DNA of 64,000 bases from an uncultured Candidatus Berkelbacteria bacterium (GCA_903877885.1 CAIRFN010000006.1:86054-150053); one strand, 5' to 3'; positions 20,983 to 29,836 are shown, numbered from the stretch's first letter. Notes: generated by a model from the sequence alone, not told the origin. A program made the numbers and translations.

Positions 20983-21914
20983 TGGGAATTTTAGGAATTT
21001 TAAAACAATTAGGATTAAATTTATTAAACCGTTTGAAACCGCGGGCAACTTTTCGCTGGATTTTTTCTGCGGTGATTTGGATTTTAATTTTGATTTATCT
21101 TGGATACGGCATTTATTTTAGCTTCCAAATCTATAAATACGAAAATGAATCTCGAGTAATTAAACTTTCAACCTACATCTATCCGTTTCCAGCTGCGGTC
21201 GTAAACGGCAAAATTGTTTGGGCCAGTTCTTATTATCAACAGTTAACTTATATCGAACAATTTTATTCGGCTTTACAAAAACCAATTGATAAAACAGATT
21301 TGAAAGCTAAAATTATCGATAAATTGGCTGAAAACCAGATTATCGAGTTTCAAGCTCTGCGTTATAATGTTCATGTTTCTAATCAGGAATTTGCTGATGC
21401 TTATCAACAAGTTGTCGACCAGGCTGGTGGCGAAGTTAATTTAAAAAAAGTTTTAAATACTCAATATGGTATGAGTGAACGAGAATTTAAAGCTTTGGTA
21501 ATGATCGGAGTACTCAAAGAAAAAATTCAAAATAATTTAATGGTTCAGGTTAAAGTTGCTCATATTTTAATTAAAAATGAGAAAACCGCCAATGATGTTT
21601 TTGCTCAAACTAAAACCAATAATAATTTTGGCGATTTAGCTAAAAAATATTCTGAAGATTTGAAATCTCGTGATGCTGGCGGCGAACTTGGGTGGTTAGG
21701 CAAAGGTCAATTGGTGGTAGACGGCAATCCTTTAACCGAATTTGATACTGCCGCTTTCGCGGCTAAATCTGGTGATATTGTTGGCCCAATTAAAACAACG
21801 GCTGGTTTTGAAATTGTTAAAATTGAAGATAAAAAAGGCGTGATTGATGATAGCTTTGATCATTGGCTCTCAATTCTAAAATCCCAAGCCAAAGTTTGGA
21901 AGTGGATAAAATAA
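20982..21914 (+). CDS. PrsA/SurA-like parvulin peptidyl-prolyl isomerase
   Basis: AHILI, FGDLAKKYSED, GGELGW and GPIKTTAGFEIVK. Confidence 0.9.
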   Translation: MGILGILKQLGLNLLNRLKPRATFRWIFSAVIWILILIYLGYGIYFSFQIYKYENESRVIKLSTYIYPFPAAVVNGKIVWASSYYQQLTYIEQFYSALQKPIDKTDLKAKIIDKLAENQIIEFQALRYNVHVSNQEFADAYQQVVDQAGGEVNLKKVLNTQYGMSEREFKALVMIGVLKEKIQNNLMVQVKVAHILIKNEKTANDVFAQTKTNNNFGDLAKKYSEDLKSRDAGGELGWLGKGQLVVDGNPLTEFDTAAFAAKSGDIVGPIKTTAGFEIVKIEDKKGVIDDSFDHWLSILKSQAKVWKWIK

Positions 21915-21954
21915 AAGTATCTGACTAAAAGGCTATTGAAAGAGTTAGTATTTT

Positions 21955-22701
21955 ATGGTAGAATTAATTCACGGAGGAGAGTTGGATTTGAGAGAAAACA
22001 CATGTAATAACAAGAGAAATGTTTGTTACGTGGATGAAAATTTCTTTAAAAATTGGACGCCAGAAATGGCCTATGTTCTAGGATTTTTTGCAGCCGATGG
22101 TTGTTTAACAGTTAATCATAAAAGAGGAAATAAATATATTGAGTTTACTTCCACTGATTATGACATAATAGAAAAAATCAAAACTGCTTTAAAATCAGAT
22201 CATAAAATCGGGATCAGACTTGGTAAGAAAAATTGTAAAACCGCTTATAGATTGCAAATCGGTAGCAAGGAAATATTTGACGATTTGATAGCTTTAGGTT
22301 TTACTCCGACAAAAAGTTTGGTAATGAAATTTCCAATAATTCCTACAAGATATTTAGCACATTTTGTAAGAGGTTATTTTGATGGCGATGGTCATAGTAA
22401 TTTTTGCCGATTTTATAGAAAAGATCGTTTAACTTACGGTAAATTTCTTCAATCTGGTTTTACTTCTGGGAGCAAAATTTTTTTAGAAAAATTACAGTTG
22501 ATTTTAAAAGAGAATATCAATTTAAAATTAGGAACGTTATATTCTCATTCTGGTTTTAGATTAAATTACTCTTCAAAAGATAGTAAAAAATTATTTGATT
22601 TTATTTACAAAGATTGCAGTAACACAATATATTTAGTCAGAAAATATTTGAAATTTAAAAATGAAATAGAAAAATTTTGGGGTTGTAGCTCAGTTGGTTA
22701 G
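21955..22701 (+). CDS. LAGLIDADG homing-endonuclease-like protein overlapping tRNA-Asp
   Basis: Two motifs, YVLGFFAADG and FVRGYFDGDG. The stop codon lies inside the tRNA. Confidence 0.88.
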   Translation: MVELIHGGELDLRENTCNNKRNVCYVDENFFKNWTPEMAYVLGFFAADGCLTVNHKRGNKYIEFTSTDYDIIEKIKTALKSDHKIGIRLGKKNCKTAYRLQIGSKEIFDDLIALGFTPTKSLVMKFPIIPTRYLAHFVRGYFDGDGHSNFCRFYRKDRLTYGKFLQSGFTSGSKIFLEKLQLILKENINLKLGTLYSHSGFRLNYSSKDSKKLFDFIYKDCSNTIYLVRKYLKFKNEIEKFWGCSSVG

Positions 22702-22755
22702 AGTAATTGCCTGTCACGCAATAGGTCGCGGGTTCGAGTCCCGTCAACCCCGCCA
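22679..22755 (+). tRNA. tRNA-Asp(GTC)
   Basis: GGGGTTG/CAACCCC acceptor stem, loop CTGTCAC, GGTTCGAGTCC and encoded CCA. Confidence 0.96.
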
Positions 22756-22817
22756 ATTAAAAATGCCCGAGTTTATCTCGGACTTTTTTAATTGTAAATA
22801 ATATTTCTTCCAAAAAT

Positions 22818-22846
22818 TTGACAACAAAATAATATCATAATATAAT
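22818..22846 (+). promoter_or_regulatory. Perfect sigma70 promoter
   Basis: TTGACA (22818)-17 nt-TATAAT (22841). Confidence 0.8.
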
Positions 22847-22887
22847 TAAATAAAGATACCGGTCGAGAGACCGCCGAAGCTCTAGAA

Positions 22888-22917
22888 GCTCGAACAAATT
22901 TTGTTACGAGTTTTTTT
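22888..22917 (+). terminator. Intrinsic terminator-like hairpin within a 5' leader
   Basis: GCTCG-AACAA/TTGTT-A-CGAG followed by T7, upstream of ATG 22951. Confidence 0.55.
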
Positions 22918-22950
22918 AAATTAAAAAAATAATAAAAAAAGGAGAAAAAC

Positions 22951-23367
22951 ATGCCTATTGAAGTTAATAAGGAAGTAACTACCACGAGTACCGGTCCTGC
23001 TCGTGATCAAGTTAGTCAAACGGCCACATCGACGAGAGTGCCAACAAATACTGAATCAAGAGATGACTATTCGGATAGAGGAAACGCGTGGGTTTGGTAC
23101 GTTGTGGGAATAATCGATTTTTTACTTTTGTTAAGAATTTTGTTCCACTTATTCGGTGCTCGAGCAGTCGGATTTACTAATTTTCTCTACAGTCTCACCG
23201 GCTTTTTCACTATGCCTTTTCAGGGTATTTTCCCTAATCCCAATATAGAAGGAGCTTATTTTGATATGGCTGCCCTTACAGCGATTATCGTCTACTTATT
23301 GCTTGGCTGGATGATTGTTGGCTTAATTGATTTGGCTACCCGGCCAGCTGACAGTAAAAAAGTTTAA
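22951..23367 (+). CDS. YggT-like membrane protein
   Basis: LLLLRILF..FTNFLYSLT..PFQGIF motif. Confidence 0.7.
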   Translation: MPIEVNKEVTTTSTGPARDQVSQTATSTRVPTNTESRDDYSDRGNAWVWYVVGIIDFLLLLRILFHLFGARAVGFTNFLYSLTGFFTMPFQGIFPNPNIEGAYFDMAALTAIIVYLLLGWMIVGLIDLATRPADSKKV

Positions 23368-23376
23368 GGAAATAAA

Positions 23377-23700
23377 ATGGATTTAAATACATTTTTTCAA
23401 ATCTCTGTCAGTATTTTCTGTATTGTGGCTACCGTTTTCATGCTGATATTATTTGTCTGGATATTTATACTTCATGCACAACTATCTAAATTGATTAAAA
23501 AGATTGAAGAAATTTCAGAAATTGCCAAGATTACAGCAGAAGAAATTAAGGATTTTGTCGAAAGGATTATTCAATCAATAGAAATATTTAAAAAAAGCAT
23601 TTTTACATTTGAGTTTATTCGTAAAATTACAGCTGAAATTATAGGATTTATTAAAAATAATAATAACTCGAAAGGAGTTGAAGATGGACAAGCAGAATAG
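23377..23700 (+). CDS. Hypothetical TM plus coiled-coil protein
   Basis: N-terminal TM; directly upstream of the YtxH-like gene. Confidence 0.7.
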   Translation: MDLNTFFQISVSIFCIVATVFMLILFVWIFILHAQLSKLIKKIEEISEIAKITAEEIKDFVERIIQSIEIFKKSIFTFEFIRKITAEIIGFIKNNNNSKGVEDGQAE

Positions 23701-24016
23701 TGGGATGGGTAAAGGAATTTTAATTGGAGCTTCAGTCGGTGTTTTAGCTGGTGCTATTGCCGGAGTATTATTCGCGCCGCAATCTGGCAAAGAAACTAGA
23801 GCCAATATCGCCAACTATATTCATGAAATGAAAGACAAAATTGCCGAGGAATTGATGAATGTCGAAGAAGTGACTAAAGAAAAATACAATGAAATTGTTG
23901 AAAAAATCGTTAAAGTTTATGAATTAGAAAAGAAAATTACTGTCGAAGAAGCTCAAGACATTAAAGAAAAACTTGACGCTAATTATGACGAAGTGGTTAA
24001 GGTTATTAAAAAATAA
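23684..24016 (+). CDS. YtxH-domain protein
   Basis: GVLFAPQSGKETR motif. Confidence 0.88.
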   Translation: MDKQNSGMGKGILIGASVGVLAGAIAGVLFAPQSGKETRANIANYIHEMKDKIAEELMNVEEVTKEKYNEIVEKIVKVYELEKKITVEEAQDIKEKLDANYDEVVKVIKK

Positions 24017-24043
24017 TAAATACAAAATAAAAAAGGAGGTGGG

Positions 24044-24997
24044 ATGAAAACATTTAGAAACATTTTATTCGTTTTACTGGTCGCTATATTCATATTTGCT
24101 ACGACCGGTCAAGCTAGAGCGGCAACTAATATTGGGCTTGGCGCGGCTGCCGGTTATGCCGTACTCGCTGGATCTGGTATTACCAATACTGGTCCAACAA
24201 CTGTGGCTGGAGACACTGGATCATCGCCGACGCACACAGAAACTGGATTTGGCCCTGGCGCTAATGCTATTACTTTTGCTAGTGGCGTAAATCACAATAG
24301 TGCTGATCCAAATGACGCAACGACCCAACAAGCTCAAGTGGATTTAACTACAGCCTATAATAATGCGGCGGGACAATCTTCGATATCAGACTTAAGCGGC
24401 CAAGATTTGGGCGGAATGACATTGACAGCTGGTGTTTATACTTTTAGTTCTTCAGCTCAACTTACAGGAACATTAACGCTAAATGGTCAAGGAAATGCTG
24501 ATGCTGTTTTCATTTTTCAGATTGGTTCAACTTTAACTACCGCCTCGGCTAGTTCGGTTTTGTTAACAAATAGTGCCCAATCCTGCCATGTCTTTTGGCA
24601 AATTGGCAGTTCTGCCACACTCGGTACAACTACCTCATTTATCGGTAATATTATGGCGTTAACCAGTATTACCTTAAATACCGGCGCCACAGTAGACGGT
24701 CGAGTTTTGGCTCGAAACGGTGCAGTTACACTTGATACTAATACTATTACCGCTTCGGTTTGCGCTACTACAACTTCTTCGTCATCGTCATCGTCGTCTT
24801 CTTCTTCTTCGACTACCTATGCCGAGCGCGCAGCTGCGAGAGCCAAAAAAACTGCCACGCCAACACCAGCACCGGCCTTACCAGAAACTGGAGTTGCAAC
24901 TCAAGAAAAAGGTAATCTCTGGTATATTGCCAACCTGATTGGTATTACGGTATTTTTGATTTCAGCCTATTTCATTAGCAAAAAACAAACTACATAG
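24044..24997 (+). CDS. Ice-binding-like (DUF3494) protein with an LPETG sorting signal
   Basis: VLAGSGITNTG, LGGMTLTAGVY, AVFIFQIGSTL and VFWQIGSSATLG, then a Ser linker, LPETG, a TM helix and a basic tail. Confidence 0.92.
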   Translation: MKTFRNILFVLLVAIFIFATTGQARAATNIGLGAAAGYAVLAGSGITNTGPTTVAGDTGSSPTHTETGFGPGANAITFASGVNHNSADPNDATTQQAQVDLTTAYNNAAGQSSISDLSGQDLGGMTLTAGVYTFSSSAQLTGTLTLNGQGNADAVFIFQIGSTLTTASASSVLLTNSAQSCHVFWQIGSSATLGTTTSFIGNIMALTSITLNTGATVDGRVLARNGAVTLDTNTITASVCATTTSSSSSSSSSSSSTTYAERAAARAKKTATPTPAPALPETGVATQEKGNLWYIANLIGITVFLISAYFISKKQTT

Positions 24998-25000
24998 TAT

Positions 25001-25624
25001 ATGTTAGTGAAAACTATGTCACGACGAACATCAATAGTTATTATCCTTACAGGATTAGCGGTTTTCTTAAATCTATTTTTCTATTTTGTTTCGAAGAATG
25101 CAGTTCAAAATGACTTAAGTCGATCGACAGAAAAAAGCGTTTTGGCTGCAAAACAATCAGAAAATTACGGGTTGCCAGTCCGAATTAAAATCCCTCGGAT
25201 TGGTGTAGATGCCGCTATTGAGTCTGTTGGTCTTACCACTAATGGAGCCATGGAAGTACCAAATGGTCAAAACAATGCGGCGTGGTTTAGTCTTGGACCG
25301 CGTCCGGGCGATATCGGCAGTGCAGTTATTGATGGTCATTATGGCATCTGGAAAAATGGTAAAGAAACAGTCTTTAATGATTTAGATAAATTACGTCAAG
25401 GTGACGAAATATCTATTGAAGAAGATAATGGCGTCACAGTGTCTTTTGTCGTACGTGAAACTCAAATTTATGATTCCAAAGCAGATGCTTCAAAAATATT
25501 TACTTCAGTTGATGGGAAATCACATCTTAATTTGATTACTTGCGAAGGGACTTGGAACCAAGTTTCCAAAACGTATCCCAGACGGCTAATTGTGTTTGCT
25601 GATCGTATGATTGCTAACCTTTAA
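25001..25624 (+). CDS. Class F sortase
   Basis: PVRIKIPRIGVD, GPRPGDIGSAVIDGH, LNLITC and R..VFA. Confidence 0.92.
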   Translation: MLVKTMSRRTSIVIILTGLAVFLNLFFYFVSKNAVQNDLSRSTEKSVLAAKQSENYGLPVRIKIPRIGVDAAIESVGLTTNGAMEVPNGQNNAAWFSLGPRPGDIGSAVIDGHYGIWKNGKETVFNDLDKLRQGDEISIEEDNGVTVSFVVRETQIYDSKADASKIFTSVDGKSHLNLITCEGTWNQVSKTYPRRLIVFADRMIANL

Positions 25625-25627
25625 TTT

Positions 25628-27220
25628 TTGACATATGATGAACTCATGGAAAAAGAAAATTATACACCCGAAATGCAAAAGTTTTTGGATGAATTTATTG
25701 CGATTGGTGATAAAGATAAAAACCTAAATTCTGGCAATGACAAGATGTTGCATACCGCTCTTTGGTATGAAAAGTTTCGTCGCGCGATGGAAGATCAGGA
25801 AGATCATCTGATTTTTAAAAATGCCATCAGCCGAATTGTCAGACGTCGTTATGCTTTGGCTTTTTCCAATACCGTCGAATCGCTTTTTGATGGTTTGATG
25901 AATGAACTGGCTTGGGCCGATTACATTAATTTGGACAGTCTGACTGACGAGCAAGTGACTGAAATAAAATCAATCATCGGCCGTTATATTGTTTTGTTAA
26001 ATAGTGTTAAGTCGCATTCTTTGGAAAATGATGCCAGCAAAATTATTATTGGCTGGATGGCATGCGAAATCGATGAACTTTTGTTTTGTCACAAGCGCCA
26101 AGAATTAATTGTGGATTTTGCTTATAATTGTTTGCGTGAAAATTTACAGTTTGGCCCGGGCAATTTTAATCAAAAAGAAATTGAAATTCAACTAAAGCTG
26201 GCGATTTTAACTTTAGTTTTTAAGCCGGATTATAATTATGCCCAGTTTTGGCTCACCAAAAAGATTTTTCCTGAGTTTAGTAATTTTAATTTGACTCAAG
26301 CACAGGAAATTGGTTTCCATTTTGAAAATATTATTAGTCAAATCAATAAAGTTTTTAAAAATATCCACAGTAAAGATTATCTTTTATATGCCAAAAGACA
26401 AATTGCGCCTTTTATTTTAATTAAAGAATTACCAAATTATCAGAGTAATTTAACGGCCATTAGCAAAGATCCGATAAAGTTAAGAGATGCTTTGGTTGAT
26501 GTTTATGATTCGTTGTTAATGAAAACAAGAGATAAAGTCTGGCGGGGGACAATTCGGGCTTTTATTTTCATTTTCCTTACTAAAATTTCGCTAGCTTTTA
26601 TTATTGAAATGCCTTTTGACCAATATTTGCGCGGTTCGATCGATTATATTCCTTTGATTATTAATATTGGTTTCCCACCGGTTTTAATGTTTTTATCTGG
26701 CATTTCGGTTAAAACTCCACCTTCAAGCAACCACCAAATTGTGATCAATGCGATTAATAATCTTATTACTTATCAACGAATTGATTCAAAGCCTTTTTAT
26801 ATTGGCATTAAACACCGATCAACTGGCGAGAAAATTTTTGATTTCCTGTATTTAGTTTTTAATTTTGGTATTGTAATTGGTGTGATTCTTTTGCTTCGTA
26901 AAATCGGGTTTAACTTTGTCAGTATTTTATTATTCTTTACCTTTGTGTCAGCAGTTAGTTTCTTTGCTTTTCGAATTAGAAATGTGGCGCTGGAACTTTT
27001 GATGCGAGTTAGTCGCGATAATTTTCTAGTTTCTTTAATTGAATTTGTTTTTTTACCTTTTATTTTGATTGGAAAAATTATTTCATCGGCCATCACCAAA
27101 TCGAATCCTTTTACGATTACTCTGGATTTTCTAATTGAAGCGCCGCTTAAAACTATTATTAAAATCAGCAATTCCTGGTTAAGATTTGTCAGGCAGAAAA
27201 AAGAAGATTTAGATATTTAA
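25628..27220 (+). CDS. Hypothetical membrane protein
   Basis: 530 aa with C-terminal TMs; ends LDFLIEAPLK. Confidence 0.8.
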   Translation: MTYDELMEKENYTPEMQKFLDEFIAIGDKDKNLNSGNDKMLHTALWYEKFRRAMEDQEDHLIFKNAISRIVRRRYALAFSNTVESLFDGLMNELAWADYINLDSLTDEQVTEIKSIIGRYIVLLNSVKSHSLENDASKIIIGWMACEIDELLFCHKRQELIVDFAYNCLRENLQFGPGNFNQKEIEIQLKLAILTLVFKPDYNYAQFWLTKKIFPEFSNFNLTQAQEIGFHFENIISQINKVFKNIHSKDYLLYAKRQIAPFILIKELPNYQSNLTAISKDPIKLRDALVDVYDSLLMKTRDKVWRGTIRAFIFIFLTKISLAFIIEMPFDQYLRGSIDYIPLIINIGFPPVLMFLSGISVKTPPSSNHQIVINAINNLITYQRIDSKPFYIGIKHRSTGEKIFDFLYLVFNFGIVIGVILLLRKIGFNFVSILLFFTFVSAVSFFAFRIRNVALELLMRVSRDNFLVSLIEFVFLPFILIGKIISSAITKSNPFTITLDFLIEAPLKTIIKISNSWLRFVRQKKEDLDI

Positions 27221-27268
27221 AAAATTGTCTTCCTTTTTCAGGGAAAAATTGCTATAATAAGTTAAATT

Positions 27269-27339
27269 GCAGATATGGTTTAGTGGCAGAACATATCCTT
27301 CCCAAGGATAGGATGCGGGTTCGATTCCCGCTATCTGCT
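27269..27339 (+). tRNA. tRNA-Gly(CCC)
   Basis: GCAGATA/TATCTGC stem; anticodon arm TATCC-TTCCCAA-GGATA. Confidence 0.93.
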
Positions 27340-27343
27340 CGGT

Positions 27344-27526
27344 GCCGATGTAGCTCAGGGGTAGAGCAACTCTTTCGAGAAGTTACACTTTCTTTTTTCT
27401 TAGCCATCTTAGCTCAGTGGTAGAGCAACTCTTTCGTAAAGAGTAGGTCCCGAGTTCAAGTCTCGGAGATGGCTCAGAAAAAAGAAAAAGAAGAGATCAG
27501 CGGTTCGAATCCGCTCATCGGCTCCA
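27344..27526 (+). pseudogene. Split outer tRNA-Thr enclosing an intact tRNA-Thr
   Basis: 5' half GCCGATG TAGCTCAGGGGTAGAGC..TTCG (27344-27377) pairs with 3' half AGCGGTTCGAATCCGCT CATCGGC TCCA (to 27526). Confidence 0.8.
27403..27474 (+). tRNA. tRNA-Thr(CGT), inner copy
   Basis: GCCATCT/AGATGGC stem; ACTCT-TTCGTAA-AGAGT; CCA not encoded. Confidence 0.93.
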
Positions 27527-27543
27527 AAATAAAATTATTCAAA

Positions 27544-27864
27544 ATGTTTCAAAGTATTTGGCGACAAATAAAATATTTTTTCGTAAATCCTTTCTGGCTT
27601 TCAGGAGCGGTTTTAATATTAATGGTTTTTGCCATTTTAATTAACGCTGCAATTTGGTATCTTTATATTAAGAACTATCGTGATTTAATCGGTATAGTTC
27701 AAATCGGTTATTCATCAGCAGTGCTAATCTTGAACATTTTGCTTGGTAATATTGTTTTTCGAAAAGAAAAACTAATTAGTATAATTTTATTAAGTGCCGG
27801 ATTAATTATTCAAATTCTATTTATTATATTTTTAAGATTCTTTGCAATGACTCAAGCATTTTAA
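27544..27864 (+). CDS. Small membrane protein
   Basis: Three hydrophobic segments. The ORF track's upstream extension runs through tRNA sequence, so the start is placed at 27544. Confidence 0.65.
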   Translation: MFQSIWRQIKYFFVNPFWLSGAVLILMVFAILINAAIWYLYIKNYRDLIGIVQIGYSSAVLILNILLGNIVFRKEKLISIILLSAGLIIQILFIIFLRFFAMTQAF

Positions 27865-27882
27865 TTTAGCAAACGGAGTAAA

Positions 27883-29376
27883 GTGAAAAAATCATTTTTG
27901 TGGCGATCTCTGGAAATTTTACCTGGTGCTTTGATTTGGTTTTCTTTTATTGCACCAATTATTTTGTCATTCTATATTCCAGCCTGGGTCGCCACCTATA
28001 TTTTACTTCTTGATCTTTATTGGCTTTATCGATCGCTTATTATCGGTGTTAATTTGGTGATTGGCTATCGGAACTTAAAACATGATTCTCGCGTTGACTG
28101 GATGAAAAAATTGGAAGCGCTTGAACCAACCGAAATAATCAAAGATTGGAAAAAGATTTATCAGGTTGTGACTTTAGCTACTTACAAAGAAAGTTTTGAA
28201 ACTTTGGATACTTCGATTCAAGCAGTCGCAGATGCTCAATTTCCAACAAAACGAAAAATTTTGGTTTTAGCCACTGAAGAGCGCGATAAAATTAATGCCA
28301 GAGAACTTGCTAGTCGTCTTCGCGAAAAATATGAATATAAATTTTTTAAATTTTTAGTCACTGAACATCCTGATGGGATTATTGGCGAGCACAAAGCCAA
28401 AGGTGCGAATGTGACTTGGGCAACTAAAAAATTACGACTTTTTCTTGATGAGAAAAAAATCGAATATGATAATGTGATCGTAACCACGGCTGATGCTGAC
28501 ACGCGAATTCATAAACAATATTTGGCTTGTCTTGCTTATAATTATTGTATTGAACCAAATCGCGATCGCCGGAGTTTTCAACCAATTACGCTTTACTCAA
28601 ATAACATTTGGCAAGCGCCGGCAATTTGCCGAATTATTGCTTTTGGAAACTCATTTTGGCAAATGATTGAGGCGAGTCGCCCTTGGCGTTTAGTTAATTT
28701 TGCGACTCATGCCATGAGTATGAAAATGTTGATCGAGATTAATTATTGGGAAGTTGGTGTGGTTAATGAAGATTCTCGTCAATTTTGGCGTGCCTATTTT
28801 ACTTTCAATGGCGATCACAAAGCCGTACCGCTTTTTGTACCGGTTTATATGGATGCGGTTTTGGCTTATTCATTTTGGAGTACAATTAAAAATCAATATT
28901 TACAAAAACAGCGTTGGGCCTATGGCGTAGAACATGTCCCATATGTAGTAATTGAATCATATAAAAACTGGAAAATTCCGTTTTGGGATAAAACAGTCAA
29001 AATCTATCGATTATTGGAAGGCAATTATTCTTGGGCTACCGCTTCGATTTTTATTGCGGTGATGGATTGGTTTCCTTTACTTTTGGGTCCAGGTTTTAGC
29101 CACACAGTTTTAGGTGTAAATCTTTTAACTTTGATTCGGACAATCATGGCTTTCACTTGGATTGGTATTGTGATTTCGGTTTGGATTTCACTACTGCTTT
29201 TGCCACCGCGACCAGCTCAATATAAAAAAGGCAAATTTGTGGAAATGATTTTACAATGGGTTTTAGTACCGGTTCAAGCCGTTCTTTTCTCCAGTTTTCC
29301 AGCCATTGATGCTCAAACCAGATTGATGCTTGGTAAATACATGACTTTCCGCGTGACAGAAAAAAAGGCAGTTTAA
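27883..29376 (+). CDS. Glycosyltransferase family 2 membrane protein
   Basis: KGAN, DAD, EDSR and QKQRWAYG (QxxRW) motifs. Confidence 0.9.
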   Translation: MKKSFLWRSLEILPGALIWFSFIAPIILSFYIPAWVATYILLLDLYWLYRSLIIGVNLVIGYRNLKHDSRVDWMKKLEALEPTEIIKDWKKIYQVVTLATYKESFETLDTSIQAVADAQFPTKRKILVLATEERDKINARELASRLREKYEYKFFKFLVTEHPDGIIGEHKAKGANVTWATKKLRLFLDEKKIEYDNVIVTTADADTRIHKQYLACLAYNYCIEPNRDRRSFQPITLYSNNIWQAPAICRIIAFGNSFWQMIEASRPWRLVNFATHAMSMKMLIEINYWEVGVVNEDSRQFWRAYFTFNGDHKAVPLFVPVYMDAVLAYSFWSTIKNQYLQKQRWAYGVEHVPYVVIESYKNWKIPFWDKTVKIYRLLEGNYSWATASIFIAVMDWFPLLLGPGFSHTVLGVNLLTLIRTIMAFTWIGIVISVWISLLLLPPRPAQYKKGKFVEMILQWVLVPVQAVLFSSFPAIDAQTRLMLGKYMTFRVTEKKAV

Positions 29377-29440
29377 GTTGATTTATGGTTTGTTTTTTGC
29401 TATAATCAAATAGAATTTAATTTTAGATATTTATAAAACC

Positions 29441-29470
29441 CATGATTCATGCTTCATGATACATGATTCA
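29441..29470 (+). repeat. Degenerate 7-bp tandem repeat
   Basis: CATGATT CATGCTT CATGATA CATGATT. Confidence 0.8.
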
Positions 29471-29478
29471 ATTTTTGT

Positions 29479-29716
29479 CGGGGATTGGTGCTTTACCTAA
29501 AGGCAGCTGGTTTACAGATGTCTGACGACATCATAGAGCGCCAAGTATTTTTTATCTGTCGGGGTGTGGCTCAGTTGGTAGAGCGCCGCTTTTGGGAAGC
29601 GGAGGTCGTGAGTTCGAGTCTCGCCACCCCGACAGATAAAAAATACAAATATAGAGCGGAGGTTGTGACGATTACTTTGGTAATCGGATAGCGTTCGAGT
29701 CTCGCCACCCCGACCA
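29479..29716 (+). pseudogene. Split, hairpin-interrupted outer tRNA-Pro enclosing an intact tRNA-Pro
   Basis: 5' remnant CGGGGA..CAGCTGGT..TAGAGCGCC and 3' remnant AGCGGAGGTTGTGA[insert]GTTCGAGTCTCGCCACCCCGACCA. Confidence 0.75.
29560..29632 (+). tRNA. tRNA-Pro(TGG), inner copy
   Basis: CGGGGTG/CACCCCG stem; CCGCT-TTTGGGA-AGCGG; CCA not encoded. Confidence 0.94.
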
Positions 29717-29717
29717 C

Positions 29718-29752
29718 TTTAGTTTTTAGTAATTAGTATTTAGAAATTAGAA
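29718..29752 (+). repeat. Degenerate 7-bp tandem repeat
   Basis: TTTAGTT TTTAGTA ATTAGTA TTTAGAA ATTAGAA. Confidence 0.75.
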
Positions 29753-29762
29753 TTTAATCCCT

Positions 29763-29836
29763 GCGGGTATAGCTCAATGGTAGAGTACAAGTTTTCCAAA
29801 CTTGCTACGCGGGTCCGATTCCCGCTACCCGCTCCA
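29763..29836 (+). tRNA. tRNA-Gly(TCC)
   Basis: GCGGGTA/TACCCGC stem; CAAGT-TTTCCAA-ACTTG; CCA. Confidence 0.94.

Noticed and set aside
22860-22885. Glycine or c-di-GMP riboswitch assignment
   Set aside because: Only short motif fragments match and the remaining conserved core is absent; kept as an unassigned leader.
24772-24811. TCN trinucleotide repeat
   Set aside because: It encodes an ordinary poly-Ser linker with mixed codons.
27378-27490. Group I or group II intron in tRNA-Thr
   Set aside because: The insert is about 110 nt and mostly a complete tRNA; no ribozyme core is recognisable.
29485-29691. 68-aa ORF (and the 29981-30253 minus ORF)
   Set aside because: These are shadows of tRNA genes; the shared LYLKA peptide comes from the 14-nt hairpin.
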